Below are positions 1-11,052 of a stretch of 64,000 nucleotides of DNA, one piece after another. Within the stretch, counting starts at the first letter, position 1. Every line of letters begins with the position of its first letter. The DNA lies in contig CAVVJT010000004.1 of the NCBI GenBank assembly GCA_963748625.1, positions 96,001 through 160,000 on the forward strand, written 5' to 3'. The notes beneath the pieces are model-generated. The model had not been told where the DNA came from. It saw only the letters and a program-made list of their open reading frames with translations, and did no database searches. The position numbers and the translations under genes were made by a program. The stretch comes from an uncultured Chloroflexia bacterium (GTDB lineage: Bacteria; Chloroflexota; Limnocylindria; Limnocylindrales; CSP1-4).

Positions 1-1
1 G

Positions 2-610
2 GTGATCACCAAGGGCAACCCGCAGTCAGGGGTCTCGCTCTCCGTCAGCGCGCCGCCAGTTCCCACGCCCACACCGGCACCGACCGCATCGCCCTCTGCC
101 CAGCCCACCCCGACGCCCACGCCCGACCCGGACACGACGGGTGACACCGGGGGGTTCAGCTGGATCGCCCTGCTCGTCGTGGCCGCGCTTGCCGTGATCG
201 GGATCGGCGCGGCGATGGCCTGGCAGAGGAGCAGGCAGGCGCCGGAGGATGGCAACCCGCAACCGGACCCGACGCCGGGCCCGGTACCGCCAATGGCTCC
301 GATCGACGATGTCGCCGGCGTTGACGCCGAGTCCACCTTCGCGGAGCCGGCTGCGGCCGACGCCCCGGCCGACCCCCCGGTGGACGACCTCGACGCCGAC
401 CTGCCGCCCGCAGAGGGACCCGCCGACCCTGATGCCGCTGCCACGGCCACGGCCGATGAGCCGGCCATCACCGATGCGGCAGTCGATGCCGATGCAGCGG
501 CGGACGCCGTGCCCGGGGCGTCGGGTGAAGGGTTGGGCGACCTGGTCGCCGGTCCCGCCAGTACCGACACACCGTCTGCGGACAACGGCGAGGACGCCGG
601 CAAGCGCTGA
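2..610 (+). CDS. C-terminal part of a membrane-anchored protein (Pro/Thr linker, one TM helix, acidic Ala/Asp-rich tail); probably 5'-truncated by the window edge
   Basis: ORF with PTPTPAPT linker, hydrophobic FSWIALLVVAALAVIGIGAAMAW followed by QRSR, and a low-complexity acidic tail; a hairpin follows the stop. Confidence 0.7.
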   Translation: MITKGNPQSGVSLSVSAPPVPTPTPAPTASPSAQPTPTPTPDPDTTGDTGGFSWIALLVVAALAVIGIGAAMAWQRSRQAPEDGNPQPDPTPGPVPPMAPIDDVAGVDAESTFAEPAAADAPADPPVDDLDADLPPAEGPADPDAAATATADEPAITDAAVDADAAADAVPGASGEGLGDLVAGPASTDTPSADNGEDAGKR

Positions 611-630
611 GCCCGTTCCGTCGCCGACTC

Positions 631-659
631 AAGGCCCTGCCGCACCGCGTCAGGGCCTT
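631..659 (+). terminator. Hairpin, probable intrinsic terminator
   Basis: aaggccctg...cagggcctt inverted repeat 20 nt after the stop codon; the U-tract is weak. Confidence 0.5.
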
Positions 660-722
660 CGCGTTCCTAGCCGCGTCAGGGCCTTCGCGTTCCTAGCCGC
701 GTCAGGGTCTTCGCGTTCCTGG
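645..722. repeat. Tandem repeat, 3 x 26 bp (ccgcgtcagggccttcgcgttcctag)
   Basis: Units at 645-670, 671-696 and 697-722; the third has 2 mismatches. Confidence 0.9.
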
Positions 723-1011
723 CCCACGTTCGGACCTCGCGCGGGCTTGGGGCCCCCTGGCGGTGGAAGGCCAGCGGGTGCACGCCTGGCGTGCGAACCA
801 GCGCGTGCCCTGTCGCTTCCGGTCGTCCAGCGAGCGAGATCGCGCCTCCCAGGCCCGTGGACCACCACGTTCGGCACGCTGGGAGAGCAGGAATCACAAG
901 AGACCCGCGCGTTCGCCCGGTGAGCGGGCACTGGGCGTCGGACGCCGGGCGGCAGGTCGCCAGGGGCGGCGCGCGATGGTTGACCGTCCCGGCGCCGTGC
1001 TCGGCTTGAGG

Positions 1012-2937
1012 TCAGCTCCGCTCGACGCGCGACAGGTCGTAGGCGCGACCGCGCTCGCGCTCGCGCTCGTGCTTGAGCAGCAGCCGCTTGCGCAGGCGGA
1101 TCGCCGTTGGCGTCACCTCGACCAGCTCGTCAGCGCCGATGAACTCGATCGCGCTCTCAAGGGTCAGCGGACGCGGCGGCGTGAGGCGCAGGGCCTCGTC
1201 GTGCGAGTGCGTGCGGATGTTGGTGAGCTTCTTCTCCTTGGTCGCGTTGACGTCCATGTCGCCTGACCGGGAGTTCTCGCCGACGATCATCCCCTCGTAG
1301 ACGTCCACGCCCGAGCCGATGAACAGCTCCGCGCGGTCCTGGAGATTGAACAGCCCGTAGGCGTTCGATGTGCCCGTACGGTCGCTGACCAGCACCCCGT
1401 TCGTGCGGTGGGTGACCTCGCCGGCCCACGGCCCGTAGCCCTCGCCGATCTGGTGCAGCAGCGCCGTCCCGCGCGTGTCGGTCAGCAGCTGGCCGCGATA
1501 GCCGATGAGGCCGCGGACCGGAAGGACGAACTCCAGGCGCACCCGGCCGTCGGCATCGGTCGTCATCTGCTCCAGGCGGCCCTTGCGGCCGGCCAGCGCC
1601 TGCTGGACCACGCCGATGTAGTCGGGCGGGATGTCGATCGTGACGCGCTCGTAGGGCTCGTGGATCTCGCCCTGGACCTCGTGGAGGATGACCTCTGGGC
1701 GGCTGACCGTGAGCTCGTAGCCCTCGCGGCGCATCTGCTCGATGAGGACTGCCAGCTGCAGCTCGCCGCGACCCCGGACCTCGAACGTGTCGCCGGAGTC
1801 CGTCGCATAGACCTCGATGGAGACGTTGCCCAGGATCTCGCGGTCCAGGCGCGCCTTGATCTGGCGCGACGTGACGTACTTGCCGTCGCGGCCGCCCAAG
1901 GGCGACGTGTTGACGCCGAACGTCATGCTCAGGGTGGGTTCGTCGACGTCCAGGCGGGGTAGCGGGCGGGGGTCGCCGGGCTCGGTGAGCGTGTCCCCGA
2001 TGGTGACCTCCGGCAGGCCGGCCACCGACACGATCTCGCCGGGTCCCGCCTCGGGGACATCCACCCGCTCCATGCCCCGCGCGGTCTGAAGGCTGGTGAC
2101 ACTGCCGCTGAGCGTGAGCAGGCGCCCGGGGACGACGGAGCCGTCGGCGTCCTCCTCCTCCACGCGGACCACGGCGATGCGCTGGCCGACACGGATGGTG
2201 CCGTTGCTGATGCGCCCGACCGCCATACGGCCGACGTACTCGTTTGCCGAGAGGTTGGTCACCAGGAGCTGGAGTGGGTGGCCCTCCTCATAGACCGGCG
2301 GGGGCGTGACCTCCACGAGCAGGTCGAGCAGGGGCCCGAGGTCCGTGCCCGGCTGGTCGAGGTCGCGGGTTGCGGTCCCGAGCTTGGCATTCGTGTAGAC
2401 GACCGGGAAGTCGATCTGGTGCTCGTCGGCGCCGAGGTCCATGAACAGCTCGTAGACGTCGTCGAGGACCTCGACGGGGCGCGCGTCGGAACGGTCGATC
2501 TTGTTGAGCGCCACCACGACCGGCAGCCTGCGGGCCATCGCCTTCTGGAGCACGTAGCGCGTCTGCGGGAGCGGGCCCTCGGCCGCGTCCACCAGCAGCA
2601 GGACGCTGTCCACCATCATCAGCCCGCGCTCGACCTCGCCGCCGAAGTCCGCGTGGCCCGGCGTGTCCACGATGGAAAGGCGGATGCCGCCGTGCTCGAT
2701 CGTCGTCTGCTTGGCGAGGATCGTGATGCCCTTCTCGCGCTCCAGGTCGCCCGAGTCCATGATCCGGTCCACGACCGCCTCGTTGGCGCGGAAGACGCCC
2801 GTCTGGCGGAGCATCGCGTCCACGAGGGTGGTCTTGCCGTGATCGACGTGGGCGACGATCGCGACGTTGCGCAGGTCGGCTCGGACATGGGTTTCGGGAG
2901 CGGTGGAAGGCACGGCAGTGCCGGGGGTGTCAGTCAT
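1012..2937 (-). CDS. typA: Translational GTPase TypA/BipA
   Basis: [52 protein letters not shown]-terminal [15 protein letters not shown]; start set at ATG 2937. Confidence 0.97.
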   Translation of the reverse strand: MTDTPGTAVPSTAPETHVRADLRNVAIVAHVDHGKTTLVDAMLRQTGVFRANEAVVDRIMDSGDLEREKGITILAKQTTIEHGGIRLSIVDTPGHADFGGEVERGLMMVDSVLLLVDAAEGPLPQTRYVLQKAMARRLPVVVALNKIDRSDARPVEVLDDVYELFMDLGADEHQIDFPVVYTNAKLGTATRDLDQPGTDLGPLLDLLVEVTPPPVYEEGHPLQLLVTNLSANEYVGRMAVGRISNGTIRVGQRIAVVRVEEEDADGSVVPGRLLTLSGSVTSLQTARGMERVDVPEAGPGEIVSVAGLPEVTIGDTLTEPGDPRPLPRLDVDEPTLSMTFGVNTSPLGGRDGKYVTSRQIKARLDREILGNVSIEVYATDSGDTFEVRGRGELQLAVLIEQMRREGYELTVSRPEVILHEVQGEIHEPYERVTIDIPPDYIGVVQQALAGRKGRLEQMTTDADGRVRLEFVLPVRGLIGYRGQLLTDTRGTALLHQIGEGYGPWAGEVTHRTNGVLVSDRTGTSNAYGLFNLQDRAELFIGSGVDVYEGMIVGENSRSGDMDVNATKEKKLTNIRTHSHDEALRLTPPRPLTLESAIEFIGADELVEVTPTAIRLRKRLLLKHERERERGRAYDLSRVERS

Positions 2938-2995
2938 GGGCCCAGAAAGTGTCGCACATGCGCGCCCATTGGGCCGTCGTGGGGTCTCGATGCCG

Positions 2996-3040
2996 TCGTG
3001 CCGGACCATCGTGCCGGACCATCGTGCCGGGTCATCGTGT
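2996..3040. repeat. Tandem repeat, about 3.5 x 13 bp (tcgtgccggacca)
   Basis: Read directly in the intergenic region between typA and the ABC genes. Confidence 0.8.
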
Positions 3041-3101
3041 CCCTCGGGCCGTCGGGTGTCGTGGCGGGTCGGGCCGTAGCCGCGGGGACCGCCCACGACC
3101 G

Positions 3102-3824
3102 TCAGGCCGGCGCGGGCTCCCGGAGCAGGTCGCCGTCGAGCAGCTCCACCGTCCGGTCGGCAACCTCGAGCATCACGGGGTCGTGGGTGGCCACGATCGC
3201 CGTGACGCCTTCCGCCCTGACGACCGTCCGCAACAACAGCATGATCCGCCGCCCGGTCTCCGAGTCCAGCTGGCCCGTGGGCTCGTCAGCGAGCAGGAGT
3301 CGCGGGCGATTCGCGAGCGCACGTGCGATCGCGACCCGCTGCTGCTCGCCCCCCGAGAGCTCGTGTGGACGATGGCCCGCCCGTGTGTCCAGGCCCACCA
3401 GCTGCAGCACCTCCGCCACACGTCGATCGCGCTCGGCAGGATCCGCACCAACCAGCCGCAGGGGAACCTCGACGTTCTCTGCGGCCGACAGGATCGGCAC
3501 CAGCCCGAACGTCTGGAAGACGAAGGCGATCGTGCGCCGGCGGACGTCGGCCGACGCCCGTTCGTCAAGCGCCGAGACCTCGATCCCGTCCACGTGCACG
3601 CTGCCTGATGTCGGCCGGTCGAGGCCACCCAGGAGGTTGAGGAGGGTTGTCTTCCCGCTGCCGGAGCGCCCGCGCACCGCGAGCAGCTCACCCCGGGCCA
3701 CCCGCAGCGAGACGCCCCGGAGCGCGTGGACCACGGTGCCGCCCGTGGCGTAGTCCTTCCCGACCGCGTCCGCGATGACCATCGCGTCGGATCCCGGCTC
3801 GGGGCGGCGATAGCGTTCGGTCAT
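3102..3824 (-). CDS. ABC transporter ATP-binding protein (LolD/MacB type)
   Basis: GRSGSGKTT, LSGGEQQRVAIARAL, LLADEPTG, ATHD; ATGA overlap with the upstream gene. Confidence 0.95.
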   Translation of the reverse strand: MTERYRRPEPGSDAMVIADAVGKDYATGGTVVHALRGVSLRVARGELLAVRGRSGSGKTTLLNLLGGLDRPTSGSVHVDGIEVSALDERASADVRRRTIAFVFQTFGLVPILSAAENVEVPLRLVGADPAERDRRVAEVLQLVGLDTRAGHRPHELSGGEQQRVAIARALANRPRLLLADEPTGQLDSETGRRIMLLLRTVVRAEGVTAIVATHDPVMLEVADRTVELLDGDLLREPAPA

Positions 3825-4879
3825 CGCCCGTCCTCCTCGCCAGCCGGCCGGGCATCGCCCGGCGTGGGTTCCTCGCCAGCCGGGCCCGGCCGCTCCAGGT
3901 CCGGCCACACGCCCACGTGGTCCTCCTCGAGGCGGAGCCGCACCCGGCTGCGAAGCTCGAGCGACTCGACGTGGCTGCGGGGCAGCTGCAGGCGACCGGC
4001 ACGATCCAGGACGGCGTACTCCTCGCTGATGACCCGGTCGTGGCCCTCCTCCGTCTGCTCGGTACGCCGCAGCGTCTCGGTGCTGGTGCGACCGTCCCGG
4101 ATGGCGACCGTCCGGCCGACCTGCTCGGAGACGAATGCGTCGTGCGTGACGATCACGATCGTCGTGCCCATCTCGGCGTTGACGCGCCGCAGCAGGCCGA
4201 AGACATCGGCGGAGGTGGCGCTGTCAAGCTCTCCTGTCGGCTCATCGGCGAGGATCACCGCCGGGTCGTTGGCCAGGGCGATCGCGATGGCCACGCGCTG
4301 CTGCTCACCGCCCGAGAGCCGGTCGGGCCGGTGGCTGGCGCGGTCACCGAGCCCAACGAGGTCGAGGAGCTCTCGTGCCCGTGCAGTTCGTGCCTTGCGG
4401 CCATCGAGCAGCATCGGCAGCTCCACGTTCTCCGCCGCCGACAGGTAGGGCAGCAGGTTCCGCCCGGTCTGCTGCCAGACGAACCCGACGGTGCGACGGC
4501 GGAACCGCGTCCGCTCCGAGCCGCCCATCCGCCCCAGGTCGTAGCCGGCCACCACGGCGCGCCCTGCCGACGGGACGTCCATGCCTCCCAGGATCGAGAG
4601 CAACGTCGACTTCCCGCTCCCGGACGCGCCCACGATCGCGATCATCTCGCCTCCCTCGACGAGCAGGTCGAGTCCCTGGAGCGCGACGACCTCGAGCTCG
4701 GCAAGCTTGAAGATGCGGACCAGACCGTCGCAGACGATGACGGCGCCCTCGCCGTACCGCACCCGGGGCGGCTGGGCCAGCGAGGCGCCGGCCAGGGGAT
4801 CGCGGCGCCCCGTGGCGGACCCGGCGGTCCCGGCGGACGGCAGCTGGGCGGAGTCGGGCGCGGCAGGCAGGATCGGCAT
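3821..4879 (-). CDS. ABC transporter ATP-binding protein with a C-terminal AbrB-like extension; reads in frame with the upstream permease in this sequence
   Basis: GASGSGKST, LSGGEQQRVAIAIAL, ILADEPTG, VTHD, tail EEYAVLDRAGRLQLP; own ATG at 4879. Confidence 0.9.
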   Translation of the reverse strand: MPILPAAPDSAQLPSAGTAGSATGRRDPLAGASLAQPPRVRYGEGAVIVCDGLVRIFKLAELEVVALQGLDLLVEGGEMIAIVGASGSGKSTLLSILGGMDVPSAGRAVVAGYDLGRMGGSERTRFRRRTVGFVWQQTGRNLLPYLSAAENVELPMLLDGRKARTARARELLDLVGLGDRASHRPDRLSGGEQQRVAIAIALANDPAVILADEPTGELDSATSADVFGLLRRVNAEMGTTIVIVTHDAFVSEQVGRTVAIRDGRTSTETLRRTEQTEEGHDRVISEEYAVLDRAGRLQLPRSHVESLELRSRVRLRLEEDHVGVWPDLERPGPAGEEPTPGDARPAGEEDGR

Positions 4880-7642
4880 CACTCGAAATCTTCCTCGAAG
4901 CACGGACGTTGGCGCAACCCGGCGCACGAGCAGGGATCCGACGGAGATCCCGAGGAGCACGACGCCGGCAAGAACCCCGAGCACGGCCAGCGCGGCGCGT
5001 GGGTCGAGCACGACGGGAACTTCGACCCGGACCCCGACGAGGGCGTCAAGGCCCAGCGCCGGCCTGACGACGGCGAACAGGCCCAACCCGAGCATGACCC
5101 CGGCCACGAAGGCGAGCAGGGTCGTCGGTCCGTGCTCAGCCGCTGTCAGGAGGAACACCTGGCGCGACGTCAGGCCGAGCGTCCGCAGGTGGGCCACCTC
5201 GACCACGCGTGCCAGCGCAGCCAGCGCCAGTGCCGCGGCCACCCCGAGCGCCGCATAGAGGGCGGTGACCGCGGCCGCAGCGATGATCACTCCGCGGATC
5301 GCCTCGGTCACGGGCGCGCTCCGGCGGGCCTCGGCATCCTCTGCCTGGCTGGTGACGGCGACCACCGGCGACACCGCGGCCACGGCCGCCCGGATCGCCG
5401 ACGCGGCCTCCGCGGTTGCCGGAGCGCGCAGGACGACCCCGGTGGGCACGAGGCGCGCCGCCGGGGCCTGGGCTGCCACCCACTCGCGGGGAACCACCAC
5501 GAAGGGTCGGCCTTCCGGCAGGCCGGGCCAGGAATCCGCCACGGCCGCCGCGAGATACGTGAGCGTGTATCCCTGCACGCTCATCTCGAACGTCTCCCCC
5601 GCCTGCACGCCGCGCGGGTTGGCGACGAGGTCCTGCGACACCACCGCTGGGATGGGACCCGCCCCAGGCGTCGTGGCGCCTGCCGGCCACGAAGGGGCGA
5701 TGGGCGTGCCGTCCAGCACCTGCTCAAGGGCCGCCGCCCCCACGGCCGCATACATCGTCTGCAGCCCGCTCGGCGCGATCGGGATCAGCGCACGGAACTC
5801 GGAGGCAGCGGCTTCCACGCCCGGCAGCCGCTCCGGGTCGAGCCCGTTCGGCAGGGCTCCGTCGGGGACACCGAGGCGGTAGGCGCCGCCGGTCTTGTGC
5901 CAGGCCGCGAGCTCGGCGCCCCGGTCAAGGCTGTCGAGCGCCACCAGCGCGAACGTCCCCACCGTGGACGTGGCGAGGAGCACAAGCAGGATCGCCGTCC
6001 CAATGCCCCCCTCGGTGCCGCGACGTGCGGCAAGCAGCGGCACGAGGCCACGGCGGCGCCTGGCCAGCGAGGCCGCAGCGCGCATCACGGCTGGGACGAC
6101 ACGCAGGACGATGAGGCCCGCCGCCACGCCCACCAGCGCCGGGACGGCGGCAAGGAGCGGATCCACACCCGTCCCTGGCGCCGACAAGGCAGCCGAGCCC
6201 AGGCCACGCTCGCGCAGCAGGAACGCGCCACCCACCGCAAGGCCCACGACGAGCGCCTCGCCCACCAGGCGGCGCGGCCCGCTCCGCCGTCCGGACCGCT
6301 CGCCTGCCCGGCGCTCCGGACCCAAGGCCCGGGCGACCGGGACGACGGTCCCCACGATCACCAGCACGGCGGCAACCGCCACGGCGCCCGCTGCAAGGAT
6401 CGTCGCCTGTGTCTGCCCGGCCGGCACGACGACGGCCGCCGCGACGGCGGCGAGCGCTGCCGCCGGTACGGCCAGCAGGACCCCCTCCAAGGCCGATGGC
6501 ACGAGCACCTGCGCCACCGCGCCGCCGCGGCTGCGCACCAGCGCCATCGTGGATCGGCGGCGACGCCCGGCGAGGCTGGCAATCAGGACCATTGTGGCGA
6601 GGGCGACCAGGGCCGGACCGACAACGACGACGGCGATGACCGACCCTGCCGCGGTCCATGCGGCCTGGTGCGCCTCGAGGAGCGCGAGCATCCCCGTCCG
6701 CATGGCCGTCTCCCGGCCGGCTCCCACGTTGGCCGACGGGTACTGCACCGCGAGGGCCCGGAATGCCCGCAGCAGGTCGGGCGCCGAGCGCGCCGTCACC
6801 TGGCCCGCATCCACCCCATAGCGCCACTGGAGGCGCAACGGACGATGGTTGGCGTCGTTGATGTCCGCCAGCTCGCCGTAGGCCGCCGCATCGAGGATCG
6901 CCACCGCGTCGAGCAGCTGGAGCTCGGACGAGAGCGCCCGGATCACCGGCCGGATCGGCAGAGGGTCGTCGCGCCAGTACTCCGAGCCCGGATCGGGGAC
7001 CTCGTAGATGCCGGTGATCTCCGCAAACGCGTGGACGGCCAGCTGCGAACGTCCGAACAGCGGGTCGCCGGGATCACCGCTCAGCGGCACCGCCTGGCCG
7101 AGCTCGAGGTCGAACCGGTCCGCCGTCGCCCGCGAGATGGCCACCTGGTAGACCGGGACGTCATCCTCCTTCTCCGGCCCGACCCCGTCGCGCCGGACAA
7201 CCTCCGATGTGGGTGGCCTGCCTTCCACGTAGGTGATGTGCGCATCGATCCCCTCCTGCACCCGCATGCGGAGGAACGCGGGGTCGGTGGTCCTCGTGTC
7301 CACCCGGTAGCGGGCGCTGTCCACGACGATGTACCCGTCGTCCACGATCCGCTCGATGCGCCGCGGGAACGTCGCCCGCAGGTCATCGCCCGCGGCGCGC
7401 ACCTCCGCGAGCGGGTCGTCCTGCGGTCCGGGTCGGGTGACCTGGTGCTCGATGAGCACGATGGCCCGCTCCGACGCCGTGGCAGCCGCAACCTGGGCCT
7501 GGACCGCCTCGTCGCCGAGCGCGGCCAGGATCCGTGGGGCGAGCGCCGCAGCGAACGCCGTCACCAGCACGAGGACGAGGACTCCCACCGTCGGCGCGAG
7601 GTCGTCGCGGAGCCGGAGCAGGGCCATCAGGGTCCAGCGCAT
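4879..7642 (-). CDS. Large FtsX-like ABC permease 2; its expected stop is out of frame here, giving an apparent fusion to the ATPase
   Basis: Many TM segments and two FtsX-type motifs (MALVRSRGG, VAHLRTLGLT); start ATG overlaps the TGA of the upstream permease. Confidence 0.88.
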
Positions 7643-10600
7643 CACTCGTCGCTCGCCCGCAGCACGGCGCTCGTCCGGGCGCCGGGGAGGATGCGCCGGA
7701 GCAGCAGGAAGGTGACGGCGATCAGCCCGATGGCAAGGCCGGCCACCGGGACCAGCGCGCCTGCAGGCACCACCACCACCGGGGCGGGGACAGGCGGCTC
7801 GCCCGATGCCGTGAGCGTGGCGAACGGCAGGGCGAGCCAGGCGAGGACCAGGCCGAGCAGCACCCCCGCACCCAGGCCGATGACGAGCAGGAGCGCGCTC
7901 TCGGCGGTCAGCCATGCCAGCAGCTGGCGCGACGAGACCCCCAGCGCCTTGAGCAGGGCAAGCTCGCCCAGCCGCTCCCCGGTGGCAACCGTCGCGCTCA
8001 CGAGGTAGCCGATCGCCGCGAACAGGAGTGCCGCGACAGATCCCAGCTGCAGGATCCCGATCACACTGAGACCCAGGGAATCCCCGGCGAGATCGGCCTC
8101 GGTGGCGGCGCGGCTGACCACCTCCTGCGCACGGAATGGGGCGCCGCGCACGGTCGCGGCAATCGACGCCTCGGCGCTGTCCGCGGTGGATGTCCACCAC
8201 TCCCCGGTCGGCGCGAGGGAGACGCCGGCGGCGTACCGAGCCAGCTCCACGGCTGCCCCGTCGACCAGCAGGAAGGGTTCGTCAGGCGACAGGGTTGGAA
8301 ATTCGTCAAGCGCGCCCACGATGTGGACATCCACGGGGACGCCCACGACGGACGCGGTGAGCGTGTCACCCACCTTGGCCATGGCGCGCTCCAGGAGCAC
8401 CGGACCCGCGAGGGCAGGGACGGTCGTCCGTTCGGGTGTCTCGATCCCCAGGCGCCACGTGCCCTTGCCCACCAGCCCGGTCGTGCGCACCAGCAGCCGG
8501 CCCGGGTCGGGGGCCGCGTAGGGCGTCGGCACGCCGAAGTCCCGAAACGTCCACGCCGTCAGCGGCGAGCCGATCACGTCGAGCGGCTGCCAGTCGGTGG
8601 CCGCCTCGTCCGTGGCCACGTCCACCGTCGCCGCAAGCGTACCGGCCACCCCGATCGGGTCGCCCGGGTCGGCCCAGGCCCCCGAGATCGAGGTGTTCAC
8701 CTCGAGCTCCAGCGCCAGCACGTCCACGGGCCCCGTGAGGGCGGCCCCGGTGGCGGGGTCGCGGAACGGGATCACGAGCCTGGTCGGCGCCTCGCCGAGC
8801 ACGCCGAAGCCGCTGTCCAGGCGCCAGGTCCTCCCGTCACCGTCCATCACGATGAGCGCCGCTGACAGGCCGCGGTACCCCTCCGGGACCGGAGCGAACC
8901 CGTCGAGCACCTGGAGATCGGGATCCACGGTCACCGCGACCGCCGACACGCCGTCGGGCAGCCGGAGGCCACCGGGCTCCACGCGGGCAGCGGCAAGCAG
9001 GTCCAGCGCCGTCCCGGTCGTCGTCCGCGCGGCGTCGTCGCGGAGCCTGACCACATCGCGGAGCGTCCGCGCATCGACGGCCATCGCGGGTGCGTCCCGG
9101 AGGGCCGCTCCCATGGCCAGCTGCACGCGGTTCACCGGGCTGGCGCCGGTCACCCCGTCGAGGTCGCGCAGCGCAGACCCGAAGGCCCAGCCCGCGACGT
9201 CCGACCCCGAGCCGGACTCGATGCGCACGTCGGACCCGGCCGCGAAGGCCGCCTGGTCCACCTGGGACTGCTCCCACGTGGCTGCATGGGCGGATGCGAA
9301 CGTCCCGAGGGCTGCGGCGAGCACGAGCAGCAGAGCGGCGCGGGTGTACCGGAGCGGCCGGCGGGCGAGCTGGCGGCCGGCGAGCGCGGGCACGAGGCCG
9401 CGCCCTCGGACGAGCACCCGCTCCCCGAGCTCGGCCAGGCGCGGGATGATCCGGACCGCCAGGATCGCGCCGGCGACCAGGCCGATGGCCGGTGCGGCGA
9501 CGAGCAGCGGGTCCACCCCGAGCACCCCACGCCCGTTGCGGGTGAGCGGTGCGCCGTACTGGCGCAGCTGGAGCAGCGCGATCGCCGCGAGCGCCACGAA
9601 CGCGAGATCGAGCCCGAGTCGCTGCGGCAGCGTCCGGCCCACCTGGCGGCTGACCGCGGCACGCACGCCGGCGATGGGCGTGCCGGTGGCCAGCGTCGGC
9701 GCGACCAGCACCAGCACGGCGATCAGGCCGCCCGCCGCCACGACCGCCAGGGTGCCGGCACCGGGAAGCGGTGCCGCGAGCCCGATGTCGGACAGCGCGG
9801 GCTGCAGGCGCACGGCTGCCACCATGAGGGCACCCAGCCACGGGGCAGCGATCACCGCCGGAATCGCGACCAGGAGCGCCTCCGCCAGCGAGAGGCGCAT
9901 GAGATGACGGGTGCCCGCGCCGCGTGCCCGCAGCAGGGCGGTCTCGGTACGCCGCCGGTCCACGAGCAGCGCCGCGACGAGGATGACCGCGTAGCCGCCG
10001 AGGACCGCGAACTGGATGACGAGGAGCCCGATCCCCGCCTGGGCCACAAGGAGCGAGCGGTCCATCGCGGCCAGGACCGCGGGCAGCCTGGTCGCCACCG
10101 ACGCCTGGTTTGAGCCGGGCAGGGCGGCGTTGATGCGGCCCGTGGCCGCGCGCGCCGTGGCAGCCACCGCGTCGAGGTTGTCGCTGCGGAACCCGGCCAC
10201 ATCGGGGATGGCGCGCCACTCCGCGGCGACCGTCGAGGCGAGCCGGCCCGAGCGGAGATCGTCCGGCGCGACCATGAGCGGGCCGAGCGTCCGGAACGAG
10301 CCACCCTGGTCCTCGCCGTCGAGCACCAGGGCGTCCTCAAGCCAGTACGGGTCGTCCGGATCGGGCGTCCACGTGCCGGTGACCACCGCCCGCAGGTCCG
10401 TGCCCGTGACGCGGCCCGTGAGGTCGAGCGTGTCCCCCACCCGCACGCCCAGCGCGGCGGCGGCGCCGTCCGACAGGGTGACCTCCACCGGGTCCGCGCC
10501 CCCGGTGGCCCATCGGCCGTCGGACAGCCCGGCGTGCCGTTCGATCCCCTCGTAGGCGGCGAGCACCACGAGATCCGTCACCGCGTCGGCGGCCACGGCC

Positions 10601-10920
10601 GCGTCGGCGAACGGTGTCGTGACCCCGATGCGCACGAGCTCGCCGCCGGTGAGCGCGAGCGTCTCGGACAGCAGGGGCAGGATGGCCGCGTCCGCTGCCT
10701 CAAGCCGGTCGGTCCGGATCTGCGTCCGGACCACCACCGACCGGTCCGCTGCCGGGGTGGACCGCAGCTCCCGGTGGAGGCCGGCGAGCGTCACGGCCTC
10801 CGTGTACAGGACGCCGGCAGCAAGGAGCCCGAGGGCCGCCGTGAGCAGCGCCCACGAGGCAAGGACCACCGGCCAATCCGCGCGACTGCGCTTCACAGCG
10901 GTCGTCCAGAGACGCATCAC
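7642..10920 (-). CDS. Large FtsX-like ABC permease 1
   Basis: RRRTETALLRARGA and ERLGELALLKALGVS FtsX motifs, multiple TM helices, two large extracytoplasmic domains. Confidence 0.9.
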   Translation of the reverse strand: MMRLWTTAVKRSRADWPVVLASWALLTAALGLLAAGVLYTEAVTLAGLHRELRSTPAADRSVVVRTQIRTDRLEAADAAILPLLSETLALTGGELVRIGVTTPFADAAVAADAVTDLVVLAAYEGIERHAGLSDGRWATGGADPVEVTLSDGAAAALGVRVGDTLDLTGRVTGTDLRAVVTGTWTPDPDDPYWLEDALVLDGEDQGGSFRTLGPLMVAPDDLRSGRLASTVAAEWRAIPDVAGFRSDNLDAVAATARAATGRINAALPGSNQASVATRLPAVLAAMDRSLLVAQAGIGLLVIQFAVLGGYAVILVAALLVDRRRTETALLRARGAGTRHLMRLSLAEALLVAIPAVIAAPWLGALMVAAVRLQPALSDIGLAAPLPGAGTLAVVAAGGLIAVLVLVAPTLATGTPIAGVRAAVSRQVGRTLPQRLGLDLAFVALAAIALLQLRQYGAPLTRNGRGVLGVDPLLVAAPAIGLVAGAILAVRIIPRLAELGERVLVRGRGLVPALAGRQLARRPLRYTRAALLLVLAAALGTFASAHAATWEQSQVDQAAFAAGSDVRIESGSGSDVAGWAFGSALRDLDGVTGASPVNRVQLAMGAALRDAPAMAVDARTLRDVVRLRDDAARTTTGTALDLLAAARVEPGGLRLPDGVSAVAVTVDPDLQVLDGFAPVPEGYRGLSAALIVMDGDGRTWRLDSGFGVLGEAPTRLVIPFRDPATGAALTGPVDVLALELEVNTSISGAWADPGDPIGVAGTLAATVDVATDEAATDWQPLDVIGSPLTAWTFRDFGVPTPYAAPDPGRLLVRTTGLVGKGTWRLGIETPERTTVPALAGPVLLERAMAKVGDTLTASVVGVPVDVHIVGALDEFPTLSPDEPFLLVDGAAVELARYAAGVSLAPTGEWWTSTADSAEASIAATVRGAPFRAQEVVSRAATEADLAGDSLGLSVIGILQLGSVAALLFAAIGYLVSATVATGERLGELALLKALGVSSRQLLAWLTAESALLLVIGLGAGVLLGLVLAWLALPFATLTASGEPPVPAPVVVVPAGALVPVAGLAIGLIAVTFLLLRRILPGARTSAVLRASDE

Positions 10921-11052
10921 GGGCTGGCCTGACTCCTGGGACAGTGGGCGGGTGGGTGTGCCCGGGCGGCACCGGTGTCATCCGACAATAGCGCGCACCA
11001 GCCCGGAAGGTTCGTGCGGCTACACTCCGCCCGAGCAGGAGGAGCCCCACCC

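Noticed and set aside
645-722. 26-bp repeats as a possible CRISPR array
   Set aside because: The units are contiguous with no spacers, and there are no cas genes.
3917-8008. 1363-aa plus-strand ORF, and similar long antisense ORFs (27180-30935, 35698-38766, 12789-15164, 55318-57366)
   Set aside because: Shadow frames opposite well-supported genes. They are Arg/Gly/His-rich with no motifs, as expected when stop codons are scarce in high-GC DNA.
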